From Luteimonas sp. (lineage in GTDB: Bacteria; Pseudomonadota; Gammaproteobacteria; Xanthomonadales; Xanthomonadaceae): 64,000 nt of DNA. Within the stretch, counting starts at the first letter, position 1. Each line of letters begins with the position of its first letter. The stretch is taken from assembly GCA_035444805.1 (NCBI GenBank), contig DAOMPM010000006.1, forward strand, positions 1,069 to 65,068, written 5' to 3'. This document shows positions 50,765-59,857 of this stretch, piece after piece. Made by a program: the position numbers and the translations under genes. The notes beneath the pieces were generated by a model that saw only the letters and a program-made list of their open reading frames with translations, was not told the DNA's origin and ran no database searches.

Positions 50765-50892
50765 CGTTGTCTCCTCCCGCCTTTGGCGGCAGCTTGCGGA
50801 CATGCCCGCATGATGCGCCCGCGGTGGTCGCGCTCAAGCGGAGGAGCGTCGGCGGTTCAGCCCATGGTGGGCATCGCCGCGCGGATGCGACA

Positions 50893-52314
50893 ATGGCGCA
50901 TGACCTGTCGCCATCCGAACCCTTGAGCACGGCCACGTCCCCGGGGGACGCCGGATACGACGTGGCCATCGTCGGCGGCGGCGCGGCCGGCGCGCTGGTC
51001 GCGATCCGACTGCTGATGCGCGACCGGCCACCGCCGCGCATCGCGGTCATCGAGCCGGATGCGCAGCTCGCGCGCGGCGCGGCGTACTCGACCGGTCGCC
51101 CGGAACACCTGCTCAACGTGATCGCCTCGCGCATGAGCGCGATCACGGAGGATCCCGGCCACTTCGTGCGCTTCCTCGCCGCGGACGGACAGGTGCCGGG
51201 AGAAGCGCTGGACGCCAGCTTCGCCCGCCGCCGCGACTACGGCCGCTACCTGCGGCATACGCTCGACTCGCTGCCCGGGCGCGATGCGCTGGAGCACGTG
51301 CGCGAGCGCGCGGTCGACGTCGAGCGCGGCGACGAAGGCTTCGTCGTGCACCTCGCCTCCGGCGCACGGCTGCATGCCGGCCACGTCGTGCTCGCGATCG
51401 GCAACGCGCCGCGCAGCCTGCCCGCCTTCCTGCGCCACCCGGGCGCACGCATCGCCGAGGCCTGGGACTACGACGCGGTCGCCGGCATCGACACCGATGC
51501 CGGGATATGCATCCTCGGCTCGGGCCTGAGCATGGTCGATGCCGCGCTCAGCCTCGCGCAGGCGGGACATCGCGGGCGCATCCACGTGCTTTCGCGCCAT
51601 GGGCTGGTGCCGCTGCCGCATGCAGATGCGGGATCGCAGCACGGCGACGGGGCGGATGACCTGCTGCCGCTGGGCATGCGCGAACGCTGGCGGCGCGTGC
51701 GGCAGCGCGTCGAAGCCGCAGTGGCATCGGGCGAACCCTGGCAGTGGAGTTTCGACCGCCTGCGCCACCACGGCGAAGCCATGTGGCGTTCGCTTGGCGA
51801 GGGCGAACGCCGCCGGTTCCTGCGCCATGCCGTGCGCTACTGGGACATCCACCGCCACCGCATCGCTCCGCAGGCCGCGGCGACGCTCGCCGGACTGCAG
51901 GCCGCGGGGCAACTGGTCGTCATCCCCGGCCGCCTGCGCTCGATCGCCGCCGACCCCGCCGGCGGCAGCCGCCTCCACTACCGCCCGCGCCACGCCGCGC
52001 ATGACCGCACGCTGCACGCGGACTGGATCGTCAACGCCACCGGCGTGGAAACCAGCATCGAACTGCGCCCCGGCGAACTGCTGCAGGCGCTGCGCGCACG
52101 CGGCCTGGTCCTGCCCGGCCCGCTGGGGCTGGGCGTCGCCAGCGAAGGCATCGGCCACGTCCTCGACGGCCGCGGCCGCCCCGACCCGCGCCTGTTCGTC
52201 CTCGGCGCACTGCGCATCGGCGACCTGTGGGAAAGCATCGCCATCCCCGAACTGCGCGTGCAGGCGCAGCGGATCGCCGACGCCATCCCCGATGCCGGGC
52301 CCATCGCGTGCTGA
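50893..52314 (+). CDS. FAD/NAD(P)-binding oxidoreductase (YdhS-like)
   Basis: GGGAAG, GAAYST..HLLNV, GSGLSMVDA, SRHG, WDIHRHR, LWESIAIPELR. Confidence 0.85.
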   Translation: MAHDLSPSEPLSTATSPGDAGYDVAIVGGGAAGALVAIRLLMRDRPPPRIAVIEPDAQLARGAAYSTGRPEHLLNVIASRMSAITEDPGHFVRFLAADGQVPGEALDASFARRRDYGRYLRHTLDSLPGRDALEHVRERAVDVERGDEGFVVHLASGARLHAGHVVLAIGNAPRSLPAFLRHPGARIAEAWDYDAVAGIDTDAGICILGSGLSMVDAALSLAQAGHRGRIHVLSRHGLVPLPHADAGSQHGDGADDLLPLGMRERWRRVRQRVEAAVASGEPWQWSFDRLRHHGEAMWRSLGEGERRRFLRHAVRYWDIHRHRIAPQAAATLAGLQAAGQLVVIPGRLRSIAADPAGGSRLHYRPRHAAHDRTLHADWIVNATGVETSIELRPGELLQALRARGLVLPGPLGLGVASEGIGHVLDGRGRPDPRLFVLGALRIGDLWESIAIPELRVQAQRIADAIPDAGPIAC

Positions 52315-52371
52315 TGCCCTTCGACTACAGCCTGGCCAGCGACATCCAGACGCAGGCGCCGACCCCGATGC

Positions 52372-52596
52372 TCAGCCGCAGGCGCCGATGATCACGGACC
52401 TTCCGTCGGGCATCGGCACGCGGACCGCGGTCGGCCGCAGCGTCTCCGCGTAGCGGCGCGACGCCAGCGCGTGCGCCTGCTCCATCGCCTGCAGCTTGGT
52501 CGCGCAGGCCACATACCAGCCGTCAGCGCGCACCAGCCAACCGTCGTCCGACGCCTCGATCTCGACCAGTTCGCGAACCATGGCGGGCACCTTCAC
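52372..52596 (-). CDS. Small hypothetical protein (DUF2188-like)
   Basis: DGWLVR...ATKLQAMEQAHALA pattern; start uncertain (52596 or 52581). Confidence 0.5.
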   Translation of the reverse strand: MKVPAMVRELVEIEASDDGWLVRADGWYVACATKLQAMEQAHALASRRYAETLRPTAVRVPMPDGRSVIIGACG

Positions 52597-52828
52597 GATG
52601 GGAGGTGCCCCGGCTTGAACCGCGAGAACAGGTGAATCCGCGGTCGGCGTCCGTGCAGCGGCATCGTTCGATGCGCTACCGGGGCAGGCTCAGGTTGCGC
52701 GCAAGCACTCGACTGCGCCGTCAGCGGGTGACGGACGGGCGTGTAGGAAAACTCCGTATCGGGCGCTCGGGGATCCGGACCCGAAACCCGGAGCGACCGC
52801 CTGCTCCGGTCGTGGCGTGCCCGTGCCC

Positions 52829-53194
52829 TCAGTAGAGCCGCAAGGGAATGCCGCGCGCGTTGCGTTCGCTGTAGTCGGCGCGAATCTCGCGGCAGTAGGG
52901 GCCGGCCATCACGAATCTCCGACAGACCTGCGGGCGGACCTCGTAGATGGAACAGCTCATGCGCGCGGCATCGACGGCGACACACCAGCCTTCGGCGTCC
53001 CGCGCCATGACATTGAGGCCGGCGGCAGTGGTATCGGTGTAGTGGCTTGGAATGCGGTCTTCCGGTTGAAGCACCACGGTCAGGCGGCAGCACACGGCAT
53101 CACAGCGTCCGCACAACGGAGCCTCGGGTTCTCCATCCGTCGTCGTGTGCGCAACTCCCTGTGGCAAAGCCGAAGGAGCGGGTTGGATGCCCAT
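52829..53194 (-). CDS. YkgJ family cysteine-cluster protein
   Basis: CGRCDAVCC...GWCVA...CSIYEVRPQVCR.F; probable start MGIQP at 53194. Confidence 0.82.
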   Translation of the reverse strand: MGIQPAPSALPQGVAHTTTDGEPEAPLCGRCDAVCCRLTVVLQPEDRIPSHYTDTTAAGLNVMARDAEGWCVAVDAARMSCSIYEVRPQVCRRFVMAGPYCREIRADYSERNARGIPLRLY

Positions 53195-53506
53195 GATGCT
53201 GATTCCTGGAGGTGGATTCGCGGTTCGCGAATCCCGGGATGGCCAAAGCCAAGTACCTCGCCGGGACGAGGCAAGATGCTCGGTGCGGAGCGTGGGAAAG
53301 TGCGGCGTGGCTGAGTGGCCGTCGCGACATTGCGTCGTGCCGCAGATGCAGCGTGCGCCTTTCGCCGTTATCTGGATGTAACAACTCCTTGTCAGGCCCG
53401 CACGCGCCGCGTGCCTGGCGGACCGTGCCAGCGGCATCAGGTGCTCACCACGGCTGCATGGCTGGCACAGGAACAACCCGAAGCACAGGAGAACTGACGG
53501 ACAAGG

Positions 53507-53528
53507 AAAAGGCACCCGGAGGCGCCTT
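53507..53528 (-). terminator. Terminator downstream of tRNA-Phe
   Basis: - strand AAGGCGCC-TCCG-GGTGCCTTTT. Confidence 0.75.
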
Positions 53529-53550
53529 CGTCTGGATCACTTGATCCCAA

Positions 53551-53626
53551 TGGTGGCCGGGGAGGGAATCGAACCCCCGACACGGGGATTTTCAATCCCC
53601 TGCTCTACCAACTGAGCTACCCGGCC
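53551..53626 (-). tRNA. tRNA-Phe (GAA)
   Basis: GGCCGGGTAGCTCAGTTGGTAGAGCAGGGGATTGAAAATCCCCGTGTCGGGGGTTCGATTCCCTCCCCGGCCACCA; cloverleaf, 76 nt, encoded CCA. Confidence 0.98.
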
Positions 53627-53659
53627 AAACGCTGCGGCGCTGGGCCGTGCGAGCCCGGC

Positions 53660-53688
53660 ATGATACGGGTGGGCGGTCCGGCGGGCAA
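53660..53688 (-). promoter_or_regulatory. Sigma70 promoter of tRNA-Phe
   Basis: TTGCCC-N17-TATCAT on the - strand. Confidence 0.65.
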
Positions 53689-53828
53689 GCCGGGCCGGGT
53701 CCGCCGGTCGTGTCCCGGCCGCCTTCAGCCAGTGGTGCGCCTGTGCGCGAGCGCCCTGCAGGCCGGCCGGCGGCCGTGCTCCGTACGTCGTAGTATGCTC
53801 CCCGCTCCCCTCGACACACGGGTTCGAC

Positions 53829-54311
53829 ATGATGCGTGGATGGCATGTGGCGGTGGCGATGCTGCTGGTGGTGGCCCTGGTGGCCTGTTCGAGCAGCGGC
53901 ATACCGCGCAGGATCTCGGATCCGGCGGCCAGCCTGCAGCAGCTGACGGTGCAGGCCGACGGCCGCTGGTCGATCGAGCTGCGGCTGCAGAACTACAGCA
54001 GCATCGCGATGCGCTTCGACAGCGTGTCGTTTGCGCTCGCCATCGACGAAGAGGACGCCGGCACGCTGGCGGCACAGCCGACGCTGACGATCGGGCCGGA
54101 GTCGGCGGACGTGGTGACGGTGGAGTTCGATCCTTCCGCCAATGCGCGCCTGCTGATGGCCGGCCGCCTCGCCGACGGCCGCGGCGTCGGCTACCGCCTC
54201 GAGGGCACGATCAATGCCGCGCCGACCGACCGCGGCAAGGCCCGCGACTACAAGGTCAAGCGCGACAGCCAGCTCAGCCCGGTGCCCGGCCTGGCCGGCG
54301 TGCTGCGCTGA
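53829..54311 (+). CDS. LEA type 2 / WHy domain lipoprotein
   Basis: LVAC lipobox; IELRLQNYS...F.S.SF.L...G...YRLEG pattern. Confidence 0.72.
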   Translation: MMRGWHVAVAMLLVVALVACSSSGIPRRISDPAASLQQLTVQADGRWSIELRLQNYSSIAMRFDSVSFALAIDEEDAGTLAAQPTLTIGPESADVVTVEFDPSANARLLMAGRLADGRGVGYRLEGTINAAPTDRGKARDYKVKRDSQLSPVPGLAGVLR

Positions 54312-54345
54312 CCCCCACCTCTCCGCACTCCCCGGGACTGCATCG

Positions 54346-56136
54346 ATGAGCACCTATGCCGCGCCGCTGCGCGACGTCCGCTTCGCGCTGTTCGACGTGC
54401 TCGACGTCGAATCGGCCTTCCGCCGCCTCGGCTTCGACGACACCGGCCGCGACACCGTCGACGCCGTGCTCGACGAGGCCGCGCGCTTCAGCGAGACGGT
54501 GCTGGCGCCGCTCAACAAGGTCGGCGACACGCACGGCGCGGCCTACGACAAGGACAGCGGCAGCGTCACCACCTCGCCGGGCTTCAAGGAGGCCTACGTG
54601 CAGTTCGCCGAGGGCGGCTGGGGCGGGCTGGGGGCACCGGCCGAATACGGCGGCATGGGCCTGCCGCACGTGCTGGGCATGCCGCTGGAGGAAATGATCG
54701 ACGCGGCCAACCTCGCCTGGGGCAACTTCCCGCTGCTCTCGCATGGCGCCGTCAACGCGCTGCTGCACCACGGCGAGGACTGGCAGCGCGAGGTGTTCCT
54801 GACGAAGATGGTGTCGGGCGAATGGACCGGCACCATGTGCCTGACCGAGCCGCACTGCGGCACCGACCTGGGCCTGCTCAAGACCCGCGCCGAGCCCAAC
54901 GGCGACGGCAGCTTCGCGATCACCGGCACCAAGATCTTCATCACCGCCGGCGAGCACGATCTCACGCCGAACATCATCCACCTGGTGCTGGCGCGCCTGC
55001 CGGACGCGCCCGCGGGCAGCAAGGGCATCTCGCTGTTCATCGTGCCGAAGCTGCAGGTGGCGCGCGACGGCAGCGTCGGCGGGCGCAATGCGGTGCGCTG
55101 CGGCGCGATTGAGCACAAGATGGGCATCCACGGCTCGGCCACCTGCGTGATGAACTTCGACGGCGCCCAGGGCTACCTCATCGGCCAGCCGCACAAGGGC
55201 CTGATGGCGATGTTCACCATGATGAACACCGCCCGCCTCGGCGTCGGCATGCAGGGCCTGGGACTGTCCGAACGCGCCTACCAGAACGCGCTGCGCTATG
55301 CGCGCGAGCGGCTGCAGTCGCGTGCGCTGTCGGGCGCGAAGTACCCCGACAAGCCGGCCGATCCGATCATCGTGCAGCCGGACGTGCGGCGCATGCTGCT
55401 CACCTGCAAGGCGCTGGTCGAAGGCGGCCGCGCGCTGGCCTACCACGCGGGGCTGCAGGTCGACTTCGCGGCGCACGCTGAGGACGCGGCCGAACGCCAG
55501 CAGGCAGACGACCTGCTCGGCTTCCTCACCCCGATCGTCAAGGCCTGCCTGACCGAATGGGGCAACGAGTGCACCTACCACGCGCTGCAGTGCTTCGGCG
55601 GACACGGCTACATCGCCGAACACGGCATGGAGCAGCTCGCGCGCGATGCGCGCATCACCACCCTGTACGAAGGCACCACCGGCATCCAGGCGCTGGACCT
55701 GATGGGTCGCAAGACCATGCAGCTGCAGGGCGCGGGGCTGAAGGTGTTCCTCGGCCTGGTGCAGGCCCTGTGCGAAGAGCACGCGGGCAACGAAGCGTTG
55801 GCCGAGTTCATCGGACCGCTGCGCGAGAAGGCCGGCGAGTGGCAGGCGCTGACGCTGTCGATCGGCAAGCGCGCCGCGGCCGATCCCGAGGAGATCGGCG
55901 CAGCGGCGTACGACTACCTGTTCTACTCGGGCTACGTGGCGCTGGCCTACTGGTGGGCGCGCAGCGTCGCCGCGGCCGATGCCTCGTCACAGCCGCAGGC
56001 GTTCAGGGACGGCAAGCGCGAGACGGCACGCTTCTACTTCGCCCGCATCCTGCCGCGCACGCTGGCGCACAAGGCGGCGATCGACAGCGGCACGGCGCCG
56101 TTGCTGGCGCTGGCGGATGAGGGCTTCGACGCGTAG
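54346..56136 (+). CDS. Acyl-CoA dehydrogenase
   Basis: GTMCLTEPHCGTDL, GTKIFIT, EHKMGIHGSATC, FGGHGYI, YEGTTGIQA. Confidence 0.95.
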   Translation: MSTYAAPLRDVRFALFDVLDVESAFRRLGFDDTGRDTVDAVLDEAARFSETVLAPLNKVGDTHGAAYDKDSGSVTTSPGFKEAYVQFAEGGWGGLGAPAEYGGMGLPHVLGMPLEEMIDAANLAWGNFPLLSHGAVNALLHHGEDWQREVFLTKMVSGEWTGTMCLTEPHCGTDLGLLKTRAEPNGDGSFAITGTKIFITAGEHDLTPNIIHLVLARLPDAPAGSKGISLFIVPKLQVARDGSVGGRNAVRCGAIEHKMGIHGSATCVMNFDGAQGYLIGQPHKGLMAMFTMMNTARLGVGMQGLGLSERAYQNALRYARERLQSRALSGAKYPDKPADPIIVQPDVRRMLLTCKALVEGGRALAYHAGLQVDFAAHAEDAAERQQADDLLGFLTPIVKACLTEWGNECTYHALQCFGGHGYIAEHGMEQLARDARITTLYEGTTGIQALDLMGRKTMQLQGAGLKVFLGLVQALCEEHAGNEALAEFIGPLREKAGEWQALTLSIGKRAAADPEEIGAAAYDYLFYSGYVALAYWWARSVAAADASSQPQAFRDGKRETARFYFARILPRTLAHKAAIDSGTAPLLALADEGFDA

Positions 56137-56141
56137 TACCG

Positions 56142-56266
56142 ATTCTCGGTCAAAGCGATGAATGTAGGAGCGGGCCATGCCCGCGACCCGCGCAGCCCGG
56201 ATACGGTCGCTCGCCGGTCGCGCCCATGGGGCGCTCCTACACCATCCCGTACTTTTGATCGCGAAT
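56142..56266. repeat. GTAG-type REP doublet (77 bp core 56164-56240) with outer inverted flanks
   Basis: Core as at 3172; flanks ATTCTCGGTCAAA / TTGATCGCGAAT. Confidence 0.9.
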
Positions 56267-56398
56267 AGGTACAGGAACCGCCGGGCAAGTCGAAACTGTC
56301 GTTCGCGGGAAGGACGCATCCGCTGTCCGCCGGCGGCCGGTTTCCGCGTCCGCAGGGACGATCCCCCTGCAATCGCCGCGACCCGGCCGGAGCCTGCC

Positions 56399-57712
56399 AT
56401 GTCCCTGAGTCGACGTGAATTCCTGGCGACGCCCTCGCTGGGCGCGCTTGGCCTGCTTCCCGGCAGCCTGCTCGCGGCCGTCGCCGCGCAGACCCCGCCA
56501 CCGCCCGACCTGTCCGACTGGGAGGGCGTGCGCGCGCAGTTCTCGCTCGACCCGTCGCTGGCGCACTTCGCCAGCTTCTTCATCGCCAGCCACCCGGCGC
56601 CGGTGCAGGCCGCGATCGACGGCTACCGGCGCGCGATCGACCGCGACCCCTTCCACGTCGTCGAGCAAAGCATGTTCGAGGACGATGCACACAACCTGCC
56701 GCTGCAGGTGTGCAGGCAGATCGGCGACTACCTGGGCGCGCGCGCCGACGACATCTGCCTCACCGGCAACACCACCACCGGCCTGGCGCTGGTCTACCAC
56801 GGCCTGCCGCTGCAGGCGGGCGACGAGGTGCTGTGCACCACCCACGACCACTATTCGCACCACGAATCGATCCGCCTGGCCACCGCGCGCTGCGGCGCGA
56901 CGATGCGCAAGCTCAAACTGTTCGACGAGGCGGCGACCGCCAGCACCGAGTCGATCATCGACGCCCTGCTCGCGGGCATCGGGCCGAAGACGCGCGTGGT
57001 CGGCCTGACCTGGGTGCACTCGAGCAGCGGCATCCGCCTTCCGATCCGCGAGATCGCCGCCGCGCTGCGCGCGCGCAGCGAAACACCGCCGCTGCTGGTC
57101 GTCGATGGCGTGCACGGCCTCGGCGCGGTCGATGACATCGTCGCCACGCTCGGTTGCGACTACTTCTGCGCCGGCACGCACAAGTGGATGTTCGCGCCGC
57201 GCGGCACCGGCCTGGTCTGGGCCAATGCCGACAACTGGGCACGACTGCGGCCGATCGTCCCCAGCTTCAGCGACGCCGACCAGTACACCGCCTGGGAGCA
57301 GGGTCGCGACCCGGCCACGCCCACCAACGCCAACCGCATGACCCCCGGCGGCTTCCACGCCTACGAGCACCAGTGGGCCACCGCCGCCGCGTTCGCCATG
57401 CACAAGGCGATGGGCCGTGCGCGCGTGGCCGCGCGCATCCGCGCGCTCAACGACCAGTGCAAGGCGGGGCTGGCCGATAATCCGAAGGTCAAGCTGCACA
57501 CGCCGACGTCGGGGGAGTTGTCCGCAGGCCTGGTGTCGTTCGAAGTCGCGGGCCTGGCACCGGCGGAAGTGGTCAGGCAACTGCTGGCGAAGCGCATCAT
57601 CGCCAGCACCAGTCCGTATGCCATCACTTACGCACGGCTCGCGCCCAGCCTGGTGAACACGCCCGGGCAGGTCGACGACGCGGTGCGTGCGGTGCGCGAG
57701 ATCTCCGGTTGA
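56399..57712 (+). CDS. Tat-exported class V PLP enzyme (PvdN / isopenicillin N epimerase-like)
   Basis: SRREFL twin-arginine signal; NTTTGL, HDHYS, VDGVHG, AGTHKWMFAPRGTG (PLP lysine). Confidence 0.82.
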   Translation: MSLSRREFLATPSLGALGLLPGSLLAAVAAQTPPPPDLSDWEGVRAQFSLDPSLAHFASFFIASHPAPVQAAIDGYRRAIDRDPFHVVEQSMFEDDAHNLPLQVCRQIGDYLGARADDICLTGNTTTGLALVYHGLPLQAGDEVLCTTHDHYSHHESIRLATARCGATMRKLKLFDEAATASTESIIDALLAGIGPKTRVVGLTWVHSSSGIRLPIREIAAALRARSETPPLLVVDGVHGLGAVDDIVATLGCDYFCAGTHKWMFAPRGTGLVWANADNWARLRPIVPSFSDADQYTAWEQGRDPATPTNANRMTPGGFHAYEHQWATAAAFAMHKAMGRARVAARIRALNDQCKAGLADNPKVKLHTPTSGELSAGLVSFEVAGLAPAEVVRQLLAKRIIASTSPYAITYARLAPSLVNTPGQVDDAVRAVREISG

Positions 57713-57806
57713 GTCCACGCTGCACGCACCGCGTCGCGTCGCGGGCCAGGGAAACGCGCGCCTGCCTACACAAAACGTAAACAAAGGCGTATAAGCTGTT
57801 TCTCCA

Positions 57807-58484
57807 ATGGAGTCTGACAGAGCGCAGCTTCGCGTGATTCATACCGGAGTCCCACGGACCCCGGACGGCATCGTCGCCGCCGAATCCCCACCGCCCAACG
57901 CCATGCCGCACCGGATCGATTCGGTGCGCCTGCTCTCGCTCGATGCCCACGGTCGTGCGCTGAACTGGATCAGCTGGCAGGACGCGGCCTGCCTGTACGC
58001 GCGCGAAGCGGTCGCCTGGACCCTCGGCGAGCCCTGCCTGAGCATCCGCGGCGGCATGAGCCGCATGACCGGCGCGCGCAGCACCCTCGACCTGCACCCG
58101 ATCATCGCCGCGCGCGGCCACGTGCGCCCGCAGGCGCTCGACCCGACGCCGGCGCTGACCAACGCCTCGCTGTTCGCCCGCGACCAGCACCTGTGCATGT
58201 ACTGCGGCAAGAGCTACAGCCGGCAGCTGCTCACCCGCGACCACGTCATGCCGCTGTCGCGCGGCGGCCGCGACATCTGGGAAAACGTGGTCTGCGCCTG
58301 CTTCCACTGCAACTCGCGCAAGGGCGGGCGCACGCCGCAGCAGGCGTCGATGCCGCTGCTGGCGGTGCCGTACCGGCCGAGCTGGATCGAGCACCTGATC
58401 CTGAGCAACCGCAACATCCTTGCGGACCAGATGGCGTTCCTGAAGTCGCACCTGCCCAAGCGCAAGGATCGTCGTCCCCAGTAG
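57807..58484 (+). CDS. HNH endonuclease family protein
   Basis: LFARDQHLCMYCG...TRDHVMPLSRGG..WENVVCACFHCNSRKG. Confidence 0.9.
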   Translation: MESDRAQLRVIHTGVPRTPDGIVAAESPPPNAMPHRIDSVRLLSLDAHGRALNWISWQDAACLYAREAVAWTLGEPCLSIRGGMSRMTGARSTLDLHPIIAARGHVRPQALDPTPALTNASLFARDQHLCMYCGKSYSRQLLTRDHVMPLSRGGRDIWENVVCACFHCNSRKGGRTPQQASMPLLAVPYRPSWIEHLILSNRNILADQMAFLKSHLPKRKDRRPQ

Positions 58485-58496
58485 CTGCCGGTCGCC

Positions 58497-58573
58497 GCAG
58501 GAGCGGGCCATGCCCGCGACAGGCATCTGCTGGCAACGGTGTGCCCCCGGTCGCGCCCATGGGGTGCTCCTGC
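58497..58573. repeat. GTAG-type REP doublet (77 bp, GCAG feet)
   Basis: GCAGGAGCGGGCCATGCCCGCGAC...GGTCGCGCCCATGGGGTGCTCCTGC. Confidence 0.88.
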
Positions 58574-58666
58574 GAACGCAGACATGCCCGCGATACGCTC
58601 CCGCAGGCCGCCTTCGCGCGCAGCACTGGTTTACACTCACACGATCTTCACGACCGAAGCTGCGCC

Positions 58667-59803
58667 ATGTCCCTGACCATCGGCCTGGCCGGGATGGATC
58701 CGGCCACCGAAGCCGCGCTCAAGGCGGCGTTCCACGAAGCCAACGAGCGCCTCGCCGGGCGCTTCCAGCTGCTCGCCGAGACCCAGGCCGAGCATGTCGT
58801 GGTCGACATGGACAGCATGTACGGGCCGATGAGCTGGCTGCGCCTGCATGCCTCCGGCAAGCGCGTGATCGGGCTCACAGCGGCGACACGCTCGCAGACA
58901 GACTTCCGCCTTGGCCGCCCCTTCAGCGTCGACGCGGTGGCGGCCCTGCTGCAGGAGATCGCCGGCGAGGGCGTCGCCCCCGCCGTGGTCGAAGCAACGC
59001 CCGAACCCGAAGCCGCGACCAAGGCCACCGAGGCCATCGTCGAGGCCGAGCCGCCCGCGCCGGACGCAATCGCGGACCCCGCCCCCCCGGCGCCGCTGGC
59101 ACCGCCGGAGCCACCCGCGCCGGCACAGGTTCCCGAACCGACACCCGCGCCGACGCCCGCGCCGACGCCCGCAACCGCCTCCACACCCGAGCCGGCGCCG
59201 ACCGACATCCCGGCAGCCACGCCCGCGGACATCGCGCCGCCGGGCACACTCTTCGGCTGGCTCTCCAGCGGCACCCTGCGCGGTCGCCTGCGCTATCGCC
59301 GCCCGAGCGGGCCCAACCTGCTGATCGACGCCGACGCGCGCAGCTACCACGGCCCGGCCGCGCTCAAGCCGCTGGCCCAGTATTTCGAGGGCGAGGTCGC
59401 GCTGGAGGATTTCGAGACGCTCGACGCCGCCACCTGGGAGCGGGAAGCCGGCGAAGCCGGCGAGGCCCAGTCGCTGTCGCGACTGCTGTGGCTGGGCGCC
59501 CTGCTCACCGGCAAGGGCCAACTGCTGCCGGGCCTGGACCCGGAGGCCAGGTACCAGCTCACCCGCTGGCCGCAGACCGAGCGCGAGTTCCCGCGCCACT
59601 TCCGCATCGCCACGGCGATGATGAAGGGGCCGGCGGTGCTGGCCGACGTCGCCGAGGCCAGCGGCATCGCGCTGGAGGAGATCATCGACTTCGTCAACGC
59701 CAGCCTGGCCACCGGCGTCGCCGAAGTGGTGCCCGAGCCGCCGCCGGAGCCGGTCGCGCCGCCCAGGTCCGGCGGCCTGCTGGGCCGGCTGCGCGGACGC
59801 TGA
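58667..59803 (+). CDS. Hypothetical two-domain protein with Pro/Ala/Thr-rich linker
   Basis: Typical codon usage; globular N- and C-terminal parts joined by a (PTPA)n-rich linker. Confidence 0.75.
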   Translation: MSLTIGLAGMDPATEAALKAAFHEANERLAGRFQLLAETQAEHVVVDMDSMYGPMSWLRLHASGKRVIGLTAATRSQTDFRLGRPFSVDAVAALLQEIAGEGVAPAVVEATPEPEAATKATEAIVEAEPPAPDAIADPAPPAPLAPPEPPAPAQVPEPTPAPTPAPTPATASTPEPAPTDIPAATPADIAPPGTLFGWLSSGTLRGRLRYRRPSGPNLLIDADARSYHGPAALKPLAQYFEGEVALEDFETLDAATWEREAGEAGEAQSLSRLLWLGALLTGKGQLLPGLDPEARYQLTRWPQTEREFPRHFRIATAMMKGPAVLADVAEASGIALEEIIDFVNASLATGVAEVVPEPPPEPVAPPRSGGLLGRLRGR

Positions 59804-59857
59804 CCGGCCCCGCCCTGCCTGCACACCCCGCCGGCGGCGCGGGCTTACAATGCGCAG

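Noticed and set aside
53551-53626. tRNA-Phe as attachment site of an integrated element
   Set aside because: No integrase and no second copy of the tRNA 3' end was seen in the window.
57807-58484. HNH nuclease as part of a defence or mobile system
   Set aside because: Stand-alone, host-like codon usage, among housekeeping genes, with no methylase, RT, Cas or repeat partner.
59130-59240. Short DNA repeats (CCGACGCCCGCG units)
   Set aside because: Fully explained by the encoded PTPA linker; not an independent DNA element.
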